DNA from: Nemertoderma westbladi
Taxonomy: Eukaryota; Animalia; Xenacoelomorpha
Direction of reading: 5' to 3'
Length of the DNA stretch: 64,000 nt
NCBI GenBank assembly: GCA_032718475.1
Contig: JAUCBJ010005092.1
Span: forward strand, 1-64,000
Both the position numbers and the translations under genes were made by a program. The notes below the pieces were generated by a model. That model made no database searches, had not been told where the DNA came from, and worked only from the letters and a program-made list of their open reading frames with translations. This document shows positions 33,492 through 47,200 of this stretch, piece after piece (positions within the stretch are counted from its first letter, which is position 1; every line of letters starts with the position of its first letter).

Positions 33492-34488
33492 GCCCCACAA
33501 CAAAGCACCGCCACTTGAACCCAGTATTCCCCATGCGATAACAGTAGCCTACCGTATGCAGTACTCATGAGAATGGCTCCCGCTGGCGGTAACGTAAGAG
33601 CTAGGCAGCCAGGCCTGTATTAGTCATTTGTGTAAAGTTGTGTCCGAGTTCGCTCGACCTACAGTAGTACTGTAGTAGTATAAAGTTATACTGGTATCGG
33701 TACTGATGTTGGTTATCAAAAGTTTCACTTTCGGGCTGAGACCAACTACGTACACGGACGGTACTACTGATTTGTGATTGTTTCTAAGTAACAATTAATT
33801 ACAAATATCTCAACGAGTTTAAATATCTTACAGCGTTTTGGTTCTCTGTTAGCTAGCTGGCTGCTGGGTATATCAAAGGTTTCTAATGCTGCAATAAGCG
33901 TTGCCATTTTCGCCGAATATCTAATATCATTAACATGAACTCATAGCAAACTAGGTACACAACACACACATGGATATTTCGACTTAAGAGATAAATATCT
34001 GAATCCGTGGTTGTCAAGATAATGCATATATAATGATTCATATATGTTCTTTATTACTGATAAAATAATTATCAAAATTGTGTATTTTTGTCGTACTGAC
34101 CAATAAGTTTATAGGATATGTTTAACCCTATTGTGCAAACTTTGTATACACATCTACATCGAATGTGAATGTTGTTCGTTAAAATGGTGGAAAATATAAT
34201 GAAAGGAAAGAAAGGAGTACAAGGGTAGCTTGTAACGCCTATGTGCTGCATAATTCTAAGCAACTCTAAGATGGTAATTGTATACTTATTCACAATAATT
34301 ATGTAATGACCAATATGTAGGCCTATTGATCAGTAATACATTGTGAATCGCAGCAAACGTCTATATTTTTGTTAGGTCTGCTGGTTTTGGCAATAAAATA
34401 CCGAGACATTCTAAACAACTTCGCTAGTTAAGTAACCATTGTATTTATATTATACCATGAACCCTGCATCTGCATAGCAAGCTGGTGT

Positions 34489-34647
34489 GGGGCGAGCCAC
34501 GAAGTGAGTAAAGCCTTAGCATATGGGTGCCATTAACGAGTAGTCTGTCGTCGTCGTCTTAAATATTTGATCGCTATAAAACTCGGTTATTCCTTGATGA
34601 AATTAAACGAAACTTGGTACGTATGTAGTCCGGCAAAAGTTTAGAAA
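34489..34647 (-). mobile_element. HINE/Helentron-like repeat fragment, copy 2 (inverted relative to copy 1)
   Basis: Reverse complement aligns in blocks with 33313-33491. A nearby 14-bp direct repeat ACGAACGCAACGAG (about 34673 and 34810) may mark internal core repeats. Confidence 0.5.
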
Positions 34648-35057
34648 GAATCGGAAGTTTGGTAAAAAACGAACGAACGCAACGAGTTTACAGTGGATAC
34701 GAGTATCCATCTGCCATAAATCAGCAGTTACTCTCACAGTTTTGAGACTTTGCATAGTTATAAAGGTCGTTAGTCTCCGTTTAGGGAAATTATTTTAAGA
34801 CGTAGCAGGACGAACGCAACGAGGCTAATCAAGGAGAAGAGTATTGTAAAACTAAAAATGTCATACTTAACTTAAATAGCTCTAGTTAGAAGGTTTACAA
34901 ATGACAGTTAAAGTGTGTAAGGGCAAACTGAAATGGATCTCTGTTTTTACAACTAGTTTATCACAAACTGATAGCATCGCCTTCACTCATATATATTTTG
35001 GGAAAGAGGGTTTTCGTATATCTAATAGAGATTAGTATAATGTACTTTCTAATTTAG

Positions 35058-35259
35058 GCTCTCGTGCTGCTCGAAGGCACCACAAACGTGTATGTACCGC
35101 CAATGAATCTGGTGCCTACAGTAAGAGCCCAGTAGGAACCGCTATAGCAGAACAGGCTCTGCTGCCAATAATAAATTTACCCTTGATTGTTTATTTAGAC
35201 ATCGTTTCACCCTTTCGTATTCGAAAGTCTTTAGCAAATCTCCGACTCAAAGATTATAG
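35058..35259 (+). other. Possible pair of small exons of an unidentified plus-strand transcript (35058-35120, 35199-35259)
   Basis: ttctaatttag|...|GTAAGA, then ttgtttatttag|...AG|GTAGCA. Phase-compatible reading SRAARRHHKRVCTANESGAY-NIVSPFRIRKSLANLRLKDY. No homology recognised. Confidence 0.25.
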
Positions 35260-38200
35260 GTAGCAGAAGTCTACATGAGCTGAGCAACCCGAGGCCATAC
35301 ACTAATGGTAGCAGAAGTCTTCAACATGAGCTGAGCAACCCGAGGCCATACACTAATGGTAGCAGAAGTCCTCTACATGAGCTGAGCAACCAGAGGCCAT
35401 ACACTAATGGTAGCAGAAGTCTTCTACATGAGCTGAGCAACCCGAGGCCATACACTAATGGTAGCAGAAGTCTTCTACATGAGCTGAGCAACCAGAGGCC
35501 ATACACTAATGGTAGCAGAAGTCTTCTACATTAGCTGAGCAACCAGAGGCCATACACTAATGGTAGCAGAAGTCTTCTACATGAGCTGAGCAACCAGTGG
35601 CCATACACTAATGGTAGCAGAAGTCCTCTACATGAGCTGAGCAACCCGAGGCCATACACTAATGGTAGCAGAAGTCTTCTACATGAGCTGAGCAACCAGA
35701 GGCCATACACTAATGGTAGCAGAAGTCTTCTACATTAGCTGAGCAACCAGAGGCCATACACTAATGGTAGCAGAAGTCTTCTACATGAGCTGAGCAACCA
35801 GTGGCCATACACTAATGGTAGCAGAAGTCCTCTACATGAGCTGAGCAACCAGAGGCCATACACTAATGGTAGCAGAAGTCTTCTACATGAGCTGAGCAAC
35901 CAGTGGCCATACACTAATGGTAGCAGAAGTCTTCTATATGAGCTGAGCAACCAGTGGCCATACACTAATGGTAACAGAAGTCTTCTATATGAGCTGAGCA
36001 ACCAGAGGCCATACACTAATGGTAGCAGAAGTCCTCTACATGAGCTGAGCAACCAGAGGCCATACACTAATGGTAGCAGAAGTCTTCTACATGAGCTGAG
36101 CAACCCGAGGCCATACACTAATGGTAGCAGAAGTCTTCTACATGAGCTGAGCAACCAGAGGCCATACACTAATGGTAGCAGAAGTCTTCTACATTAGCTG
36201 AGCAACCAGAGGCCATACACTAATGGTAGCAGAAGTCTTCTACATGAGCTGAGCAACCAGTGGCCATACACTAATGGTAGCAGAAGTCTTCTACATAAGC
36301 TGAGCAACCAGAGGCCATACACTAATGGTATCAGAAGTCTTCTACATGAGCTGAGCAACCCGAGGCCATACACTAATGGTAGCAGAAGTCTTCTACATGA
36401 GCTGAGCAACCAGAGGCCATACACTAATGGTAGCAGAAGTCTTCTACATTAGCTGAGCAACCAGAGGCCATACACTAATGGTAGCAGTAGTCTTCTACAT
36501 GAGCTGAGCAACCCGAGGCCATACACTAATGGTATCAGAAGTCTTCTACATGAGCTGAGCAACCAGAGGCCATACACTAATGGTAGCAGAAGTCTTCTAC
36601 ATGAGCTGAGCAACCCGAGGCCATACACTAATGGTAGCAGAAGTCTTCTACATTAGCTGAGCAACCAGAGGCCATACACTAATGGTAGCAGAAGTCCTCT
36701 ACATGAGCTGAGCAACCAGAGGCCATACACTAATGGTAGCAGAAGTCTTCTACATGAGCTGAGCAACCCGAGGCCATACACTAATGGTAGCAGAAGTCTT
36801 CTACATAAGCTGAGCAACCAGAGGCCATACACTAATGGTAGCAGAAGTCTTCTACATAAGCTGAGCAACCAGAGGCCATACACTAATGGTAGCAGTAGTC
36901 TTCTACATGAGTTGAGCAACCAGAGGCCATACACTAATGGTAGCAGTAGTCTTCTACATGAGCTGAGCAACCCGAGGCCATACACTAATGGTAGCAGAAG
37001 TCTTCTACATGAGCTGAGCAACCAGAGGCCATACACTAATGGTAGCAGAAGTCTTGTACATGAGCTGAGCAACCCGAGGCCATACACTAATGGTAGCAGA
37101 AGTCTTCTACATGAGCTGAGCAACCAGAGGCCATACACTAATGGTAGCAGAAGTCTTCTACATGAGCTGAGCAACCCGAGGCCATACACTAATGGTAGCA
37201 GAAGTCTTCTACATGAGCTGAGCAACCAGAGGCCATACACTAATGGTAGCAGAAGTCTTCTACATGAGCTGAGCAACCAGAGGCCATACACTAATGGTAG
37301 CAGAAGTCTTCTACATGAGCTGAGCAACCCGAGGCCATACACTAATGGTAGCAGAAGTCTTCTACATGAGCTGAGCAACCCGAGGCCATACACTAATGGT
37401 AGCAGAAGTCTTCTACATGAGCTGAGCAACCAGAGGCCATACACTAATGGTAGCAGTAGTCTTCTACATGAGTTGAGCAACCCGAGGCCATACACTAATG
37501 GTAGCAGAAGTCTTCTACATGAGCTGAGCAACCAGAGGCCATACACTAATGGTAGCAGAAGTCTTCTACATAAGCTGAGCAACCAGAGGCCATACACTAA
37601 TGGTAGCAGAAGTCTTCTACATAAGCTGAGCAACCAGAGGCCATACACTAATGGTAGCAGAAGTCTTCTACATGAGCTGAGCAACCCGAGGCCATACACT
37701 AATGGTAGCAGAAGTCTTCTACATGAGCTGAGCAACCCGAGGCCATACACTAATGGTAGCAGAAGTCTTCTACATAAGCTGAGCAACCAGAGGCCATACA
37801 CTAATGGTAGCAGAAGTCTTCTACATAAGCTGAGCAACCAGAGGCCATACACTAATGGTAGCAGTAGTCTTCTACATGAGCTGAGCAACCCGAGGCCATA
37901 CACTAATGGTAGCAGAAGTCTTCTACATGAGCTGAGCAACCCGAGGCCATACACTAATGGTAGCAGAAGTCTTCTACATAAGCTGAGCAACCAGAGGCCA
38001 TACACTAATGGTAGCAGAAGTCTTCTACATAAGCTGAGCAACCAGAGGCCATACACTAATGGTAGCAGAAGTCTTCTACATGAGCTGAGCAACCAGAGGC
38101 CATACACTAATGGTAGCAGAAGTCTTCTACATAAGCTGAGCAACCAGAGGCCATACACTAATGGTAGCAGAAGTCTTCTACATAAGCTGAGCAACCAGAG

Positions 38201-41200
38201 GCCATACACTAATGGTAGCAGAAGTCTTCTACATGAGCTGAGCAACCCGAGGCCATACACTAATGGTAGCAGAAGTCTTCTACATGAGCTGAGCAACCCG
38301 AGGCCATACACTAATGGTAGCAGAAGTCTTCTACATAAGCTGAGCAACCAGAGGCCATACACTAATGGTAGCAGAAGTCTTCTACATAAGCTGAGCAACC
38401 AGAGGCCATACACTAATGGTAGCAGTAGTCTTCTACATGAGTTGAGCAACCAGAGGCCATACACTAATGGTAGCAGTAGTCTTCTACATGAGCTGAGCAA
38501 CCCGAGGCCATACACTAATGGTAGCAGAAGTCTTCTACATGAGCTGAGCAACCAGAGGCCATACACTAATGGTAGCAGAAGTCTTGTACATGAGCTGAGC
38601 AACCCGAGGCCATACACTAATGGTAGCAGAAGTCTTCTACATGAGCTGAGCAACCAGAGGCCATACACTAATGGTAGCAGAAGTCTTCTACATGAGCTGA
38701 GCAACCAGAGGCCATACACTAATGGTAGCAGAAGTCTTCTACATGAGCTGAGCAACCAGAGGCCATACACTAATGGTAGCAGAAGTCTTCTACATGAGCT
38801 GAGCAACCAGAGGCCATACACTAATGGTAGCAGAAGTCTTCTACATGAGCTGAGCAACCAGAGGTCATACACTAATGGTAGCAGAAGTCTTCTACATGAG
38901 CTGAGCAACCCGAGGCCATACACTAATGGTAGCAGAAGTCTTCTACATGAGCTGAGCAACCAGAGGCCATACACTAATGGTAGCAGAAGTCTTCTACATG
39001 AGCTGAGCAACCAGAGGCCATACACTAATGATAGCAGAAGTCTTCTACATGAGCTGAGCAACCAGAGGCCATACACTAATGGTAGCAGAAGTCTTCTACA
39101 TGAGCTGAGCAACCAGAGGCCATACACTAATGGTAGCAGAAGTCTTCTACATGAGCTGAGCAACCAGAGGCCATACACTAATGGTAGCAGAAGTCTTCTA
39201 CATGAGCTGTGCAACCCGAGGCCATACACTAATGGTAGCAGAAGTCTTCTACATGAGCTGAGCAACCCGAGGCCATACACTAATGGTAGCAGTAGTCTTC
39301 TACATCAGCTGAGCAACCCGAGGCCATACACTAATGGTAGCAGAAGTCTTCTACATGAGCTGAGCAACCCGAGGCCATACACTAATGGTAGCAGTAGTCT
39401 TCTACATCAGCTGAGCAACCCGAGGCCATACACTAATGGTAGCAGAAGTCTTGTACATGAGCTGAGCAACCCGAGGCCATACACTAATGGTAGCAGTAGT
39501 CTTCTACATCAGCTGAGCAACCCGAGGCCATACACTAATGGTAGCAGAAGTCTTGTACATGAGCTGAGCAACCCGAGGCCATACACTAATGGTAGCAGTA
39601 GTCTTCTACATCAGCTGAGCAACCCGAGGCCATACACTAATGGTAGCAGAAGTCTTCTACATGAGCTGAGCAACCAGAGGCCATACACTAATGGTATCAG
39701 AAGTCTTCTACATGAGCTGAGCAACCAGAGGCCATACTCTAATGGTAGCAGAAGTCTTCTACATGAGCTGAGCAACCAGAGGCCATACACTAATGGTAGC
39801 AGAAGTCTTCTACATGAGCTGAGCAACCCGAGGCCATACACTAATGGTAGCAGAAGTCTTCTACATGAGCTGAGCAACCAGAGGCCATACACTAATGGTA
39901 GCAGAAGTCTTCTACATGAGCTGAGCAACCAGAGGCCATACACTAATGGTAGCAGAAGTCTTCTACATGAGCTGAGCAACCCGAGGCCATACACTAATGG
40001 TAGCAGAAGTCTTCTACATGAGCTGAGCAACCAGAGGCCATACACTAATGGTAGCAGAAGTCTTCTACATGAGCTGAGCAACCCGAGGCCATACACTAAT
40101 GGTAGCAGAAGTCTTCTACATGAGCTGAGCAACCAGAGGCCATACACTAATGGTAGCAGAAGTCTTCTACATGAGCTGAGCAACCAGAGGCCATACACTA
40201 ATGGTAGCAGAAGTCTTCTACATGAGCTGAGCAACCAGAGGCCATACACTAATGGTAGCAGAAGTCTTCTACATGAGCTGTGCAACCAGAGGCCATACAC
40301 TAATGGTAGCAGAAGTCTTCTACATGAGCTGAGCAACCAGAGGCCATACACTAATGGTAGCAGAAGTCTTCTACATGAGCTGAGCAACCAGAGGCCATAC
40401 ACTAATGGTAGCAGAAGTCTTCTACATGAGCTGAGCAACCCGAGGCCATACACTAATGGTAGCAGAAGTCTTCTACATGAGCTGAGCAACCAGAGGCCAT
40501 ACACTAATGGTAGCAGAAGTCTTCTACATGAGCTGAGCAACCAGAGGCCATACACTAATGGTAGCAGAAGTCTTCTACATGAGCTGAGCAACCAGAGGCC
40601 ATACACTAATGGTAGCAGAAGTCTTCTACATGAGCTGAGCAACCAGAGGCCATACACTAATGGTAGCAGAAGTCTTCTACATGAGCTGAGCAACCAGAGG
40701 CCATACACTAATGGTAGCAGAAGTCTTCTACATGAGCTGAGCAACCAGAGGCCATACACTAATGGTAGCAGAAGTCTTCTACATGAGCTGAGCAACCAGA
40801 GGCCATACACTAATGGTAGCAGAAGTCTTCTACATGAGCTGAGCAACCCGAGGCCATACACTAATGGTAGCAGAAGTCTTCTACATGAGCTGAGCAACCA
40901 GAGGCCATACACTAATGGTAGCAGAAGTCTTCTACATGAGCTGAGCAACCAGAGGCCATACACTAATGGTAGCAGAAGTCTTCTACATGAGCTGAGCAAC
41001 CCGAGGCCATACACTAATGGTAGCAGAAGTCTTCTACATGAGCTGAGCAACCAGAGGCCATACACTAATGGTAGCAGAAGTCTTCTACATGAGCTGAGCA
41101 ACCAGAGGCCATACACTAATGGTAGCAGAAGTCTTCTACATGAGTTGAGCAACCAGAGGCCATACACTAATGGTAGCAGAAGTCTTCTACATGAGCTGAG

Positions 41201-44200
41201 CAACCAGAGGCCATACACTAATGGTAGCAGAAGTCTTCTACATGAGCTGAGCAACCAGAGGCCATACACTAATGGTAGCAGAAGTCTTCTACATGAGCTG
41301 AGCAACCAGAGGCCATACACTAATGGTAGCAGAAGTCTTCTACATGAGCTGAGCAACCAGAGGCCATACACTAATGGTAGCAGAAGTCTTCTACATGAGC
41401 TGAGCAACCAGAGGCCATACACTAATGGTAGCAGAAGTCTTCTACATGAGCTGAGCAACCAGAGGCCATACACTAATGGTAGCAGAAGTCTTCTACATGA
41501 GCTGAGCAACCAGAGGCCATACACTAATGGTAGCAGAAGTCTTCTACATGAGCTGAGCAACCAGAGGCCATACACTAATGGTAGCAGAAGTCTTCTACAT
41601 GAGCTGAGCAACCAGAGGCCATACACTAATGGTAGCAGAAGTCTTCTACATGAGCTGAGCAACCAGAGGCCATACACTAATGGTAGCAGAAGTCTTCTAC
41701 ATGAGTTGAGCAACCAGAGGCCATACACTAATGGTAGCAGAAGTCTTCTACATGAGCTGAGCAACCCGAGGCCATACACTAATGGTAGCAGAGGTCTTCT
41801 ACATGAGCTGAGCAACCAGAGGCCATACACTAATGGTAGCAGAAGTCTTCTACATGAGCTGAGCAACCAGAGGCCATACACTAATGGTAGCAGTAGTCTT
41901 CTACATGAGCTGAGCAACCCGAGGCCATACACTAATGGTAGCAGAAGTCTTCTACATGAGCTGAGCAACCCGAGGCCATACACTAATGGTAGCAGAAGTC
42001 TTCTACATGAGCTGAGCAACCAGAGGCCATACACTAATGGTAGCAGAAGTCTTCTACATGAGCTGAGCAACCCGAGGCCATACACTAATGGTAGCAGAAG
42101 TCTTCTACATGAGCTGAGCAACCAGTGGCCATACACTAATGGTAGCAGAAGTCTTCTACATGAGCTGAGCAACCCGAGGCCATACACTAATGGTAGCAGA
42201 AGTCTTCTACATGAGCTGAGCAACCAGAGGCTATACACTAATGGTAGCAGTAGTCTTCTACATGAGCTGAGCAACCAGAGGCCATACACTAATGGTAGCA
42301 GAAGTCTTCTACATGAGCTGAGCAACCCGAGGCCATACACTAATGGTAGCAGAAGTCTTCTACATGAGCTGAGCAACCAGTGGCCATACACTAATGGTAG
42401 CAGAAGTCTTCTACATGAGCTGAGCAACCAGTGGCCATACACTAATGGTAGCAGAAGTCTTCTACATGAGCTGAGCAACCCGAGGCCATACACTAATGGT
42501 AACAGAAGTCTTCTATATGAGCTGAGCAACCCGAGGCCATACACTAATGGTAGCAGAAGTCTTCTACATGAGCTGAGTAACCAGAGGCCATACACTAATG
42601 GTAGCAGTAGTCTTCTACATGAGCTGAGCAACCCGAGGCCATACACTAATGGTAGCAGAAGTCTTCTACATGAGCTGAGCAACCAGAGGCTATACACTAA
42701 TGGTAGCAGAAGTCTTCTACATAAGCTGAGCAACCCGAGGCCATACACTAATGGTAACAGAAGTCTTCTACATAAGCTGAGCAACCCGAGGCCATACACT
42801 AATGGTAACAGAAGTCTTCTACATCAGCTGAGCAACCCGAGGCCATACACTAATGGTAGCAGAAGTCTTCTACATGAGCTGTGCAACCCGAGGCCATACA
42901 CTAATGGTAGCAGAAATCTTCTACATGAGCTGAGCAACCAGAGGCCATACACTAATGGTAGCAGAAGTCTTCTATATGAGCTGAGCAACCAGTGGCCATA
43001 CACTAATGGTATCAGAAGTCTTCTATATGAGCTGAGCAACCCGAGGCCATACACTAATGGTAGCAGAAGTCTTCTACATGAGCTGAGCAACCCGAGGCCA
43101 TACACTAATGGTAACAGAAGTCTTCTATATGAGCTGAGCAACCCGAGGCCATACACTAATGGTAGCAGAAGTCTTCTACATGAGCTGAGCAACCAGAGGC
43201 CATACACTAATGGTATCAGAAGTCTTCTACATGAGCTGAGCAACCCGAGGCCATACACTAATGGTAGCAGAAGTCTTCTACATGAGCTGAGCAACCAGAG
43301 GCCATACACTAATGGTAGCAGAAGTCTTCTACATGAGCTGAGCAACCCGAGGCCATACACTAATGGTAGCAGAAGTCTTCTACATGAGCTGAGCAACCCG
43401 AGGCCATACACTAATGGTAGCAGAAGTCTTCTACATGAGCTGAGCAACCAGAGGCCATACACTAATGGTAGCAGAAGTCTTCTACATGAGCTGAGCAACC
43501 CGAGGCCATACACTAATGGTAGCAGAAGTCTTCTACATGAGCTGAGCAACCAGTGGCCATACACTAATGGTAGCAGAAGTCTTCTACATGAGCTGAGCAA
43601 CCCGAGGCCATACACTAATGGTAGCAGAAGTCTTCTACATGAGCTGAGCAACCAGAGGCTATACACTAATGGTAGCAGAAGTCTTCTACATAAGCTGAGC
43701 AACCCGAGGCCATACACTAATGGTAACAGAAGTCTTCTACATAAGCTGAGCAACCCGAGGCCATACACTAATGGTAACAGAAGTCTTCTACATCAGCTGA
43801 GCAACCCGAGGCCATACACTAATGGTAACAGAAGTCTTCTACATGAGCTGTGCAACCCGAGGCCATACACTAATGGTAACAGAAGTCTTCTATATGAGCT
43901 GAGCAACCCGAGGCCATACACTAATGGTGGCAGAAGTCTTCTACATGAGCTGAGCAACCCGAGGCCATACACTAATGGTAACTGAAGTCTTCTACATGAG
44001 CTGAGCAACCAGTGGCCATATACTAATGGTAGCAGAAGTCTTCTACATGAGCTGAGCAACCAGAGGCCATACACTAATGGTAGCAGAAGTCTTCTACATG
44101 AGCTGAGTAACCAGAGGCCATACACTAATGGTAGCAGAAGTCTTCTACATGAGCTGAGCAACCAGTGGCCATACACTAATGGTAGCAGAAGTCTTCTACA

Positions 44201-47200
44201 TGAGCTGAGCAACCAGTGGCCATACACTAATGGTAGCAGAAGTCTTCTACATGAGCTGAGCAACCCGAGGCCATACACTAATGGTAACAGAAGTCTTCTA
44301 CATGAGCTGAGCAACCAGAGGCCATACACTAATGGTAGCAGAAGTCTTCTATATGAGCTGAGCAACCCGAGGCCATACACTAATGGTAGCAGAAGTCTTC
44401 TACATGAGCTGAGCAACCCGAGGCCATACACTAATGGTAGCAGAAGTCTTCTACATGAGCTGAGCAACCAGAGGCCATACACTAATGGTAGCAGAAGTCT
44501 TCTACATGAGCTGAGCAACCCGAGGCCATACACTAATGGTAGCAGAAGTCTTCTACATGAGCTGAGTAACCAGAGGCCATACACTAATGGTAGCAGAAGT
44601 CTTCTACATGAGCTGAGCAACCAGTGGCCATACACTAATGGTAGCAGAAGTCTTCTACATGAGCTGAGCAACCAGTGGCCATACACTAATGGTAGCAGAA
44701 GTCTTCTACATGAGCTGAGCAACCCGAGGCCATACACTAATGGTAACAGAAGTCTTCTACATGAGCTGAGCAACAAGAGGCCATACACTAATGGTAGCAG
44801 AAGTCTTCTATATGAGCTGAGCAACCCGAGGCCATACACTAATGGTAGCAGAAGTCTTCTACATGAGCTGAGCAACCCGAGGCCATACACTAATGGTAGC
44901 AGAAGTCTTCTACATGAGCTGAGCAACCAGAGGCCATACACTAATGGTAGCAGAAGTCTTCTACATGAGCTGAGCAACCCGAGGCCATACACTAATGGTA
45001 GCAGAAGTCTTCTACATGAGCTGAGCAACCCGAGGCCATACACTAATGGTAGCAGAAGTCTTCTACATGAGCTGAGCAACCAGAGGCCATACACTAATGG
45101 TAGCAGAAGTCTTCTACATGAGCTGAGCAACCAGAGGCCATACACTAATGGTAGCAGAAGTCTTCTACATGAGCTGAGCAACCCGAGGCCATACACTAAT
45201 GGTAGCAGAAGTCTTCTACATGAGCTGTGCAACCCGAGGCCATACACTAATGGTAGCAGAAATCTTCTACATGAGCTGAGCAACCAGAGGCCATACACTA
45301 ATGGTAGCAGAAGTCTTCTATATGAGCTGAGCAACCAGTGGCCATACACTAATGGTAGCAGAAGTCTTCTACATGAGCTGAGCAACCCGAGGCCATACAC
45401 TAATGGTAACAGAAGTCTTCTATATGAGCTGAGCAACCAGTGGCCATACACTAATGGTAGCAGAAGTCTTCTACATGAGCTGAGCAACCCGAGGCCATAC
45501 ACTAATGGTAGCAGAAGTCTTCTACATGAGCTGAGCAACCAGAGGCCATACTCTAATGGTAGCATAAGTCTTCTACATGAGCTGAGTACCCAGAGGCCAT
45601 ACACTAATGGTAGCAGAAGTCTTCTACATGAGCTGAGCAACCAGAGGCCATACACTAATGGTATCAGAAGTCTTCTACATGAGCTGAGCAACCAGAGGCC
45701 ATACACTAATGGTAGCAGAAGTCTTCTACATGAGCTGAGCAACCAGAGGCCATACACTAATGGTAGCAGAAGTCTTCTACATGAGCTGAGCAACCCGAGG
45801 CCATACACTAATGGTAGCAGAAGTCTTCTACATGAGCTGAGCAACCAGTGGCCATACACTAATGGTAGCAGAAGTCTTCTACATGAGCTGAGCAACCAGA
45901 GGCCATACACTAATGGTAGCAGAAGTCTTCTACATGAGCTGAGCAACCCGAGGCCATACACTAATGGTAACAGAAGTCTTCTATATGAGCTGAGCAACCA
46001 GTGGCCATACACTAATGGTAGCAGAAGTCTTCTACATGAGCTGAGCAACCCGAGGCCATACACTAATGGTAGCAGAAGTCTTCTACATGAGCTGAGCAAC
46101 CAGAGGCCATACTCTAATGGTAGCATAAGTCTTCTACATGAGCTGAGTACCCAGAGGCCATACACTAATGGTAGCAGAAGTCTTCTACATGAGCTGAGCA
46201 ACCAGAGGCCATACACTAATGGTATCAGAAGTCTTCTACATGAGCTGAGCAACCAGAGGCCATACACTAATGGTAGCAGAAGTCTTCTACATGAGCTGAG
46301 CAACCAGAGGCCATACACTAATGGTAGCAGAAGTCTTCTACATGAGCTGAGCAACCCGAGGCCATACACTAATGGTAGCAGAAGTCTTCTACATGAGCTG
46401 AGCAACCAGTGGCCATACACTAATGGTAGCAGAAGTCTTCTACATGAGCTGAGCAACCCGAGGCCATACACTAATGGTAACAGAAGTCTTCTACATGAGC
46501 TGAGCAACCAGAGGCCATACACTAATGGTAGCAGAAGTCTTCTACATGAGCTGAGCAACCCGAGGCCATACACTAATGGTAGCAGAAGTCTTCTACATGA
46601 GCTGAGCAACCAGAGGCCATACACTAATGGTAGCAGAAGTCTTCTACATGAGCTGAGCAACCAGAGGCCATACACTAATGGTAGCAGAAGTCTTCTACAT
46701 GAGCTGAGCAACCCGAGGCCATACACTAATGGTAGCAGAAGTCTTCTACATGAGCTGAGCAACCAGTGGCCATACACTAATGGTAGCAGAAGTCTTCTAC
46801 ATGAGCTGAGCAACCCGAGGCCATACACTAATGGTAGCAGAAGTCTTCTACATGAGCTGAGCAACCAGAGGCCATACACTAATGGTAGCAGAAGTCTTCT
46901 ACATGAGCTGAGCAACCAGAGGCCATACACTAATGGTAGCAGAAGTCTTCTACATGAGCTGAGCAACCCGAGGCCATACACTAATGGTAGCAGAAGTCTT
47001 CTACATGAGCTGTGCAACCCGAGGCCATACACTAATGGTAGCAGAAATCTTCTACATGAGCTGAGCAACCAGAGGCCATACACTAATGGTAGCAGAAGTC
47101 TTCTATATGAGCTGAGCAACCAGTGGCCATACACTAATGGTAGCAGAAGTCTTCTACATGAGCTGAGCAACCCGAGGCCATACACTAATGGTAACAGAAG

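Noticed and set aside
29528-34293. Short ORFs 29528-29719, 30823-31011, 31047-31229, 33362-33568, 34072-34293
   Set aside because: AT-rich intronic, MITE or intergenic sequence with no recognisable motifs or supporting splice structure.
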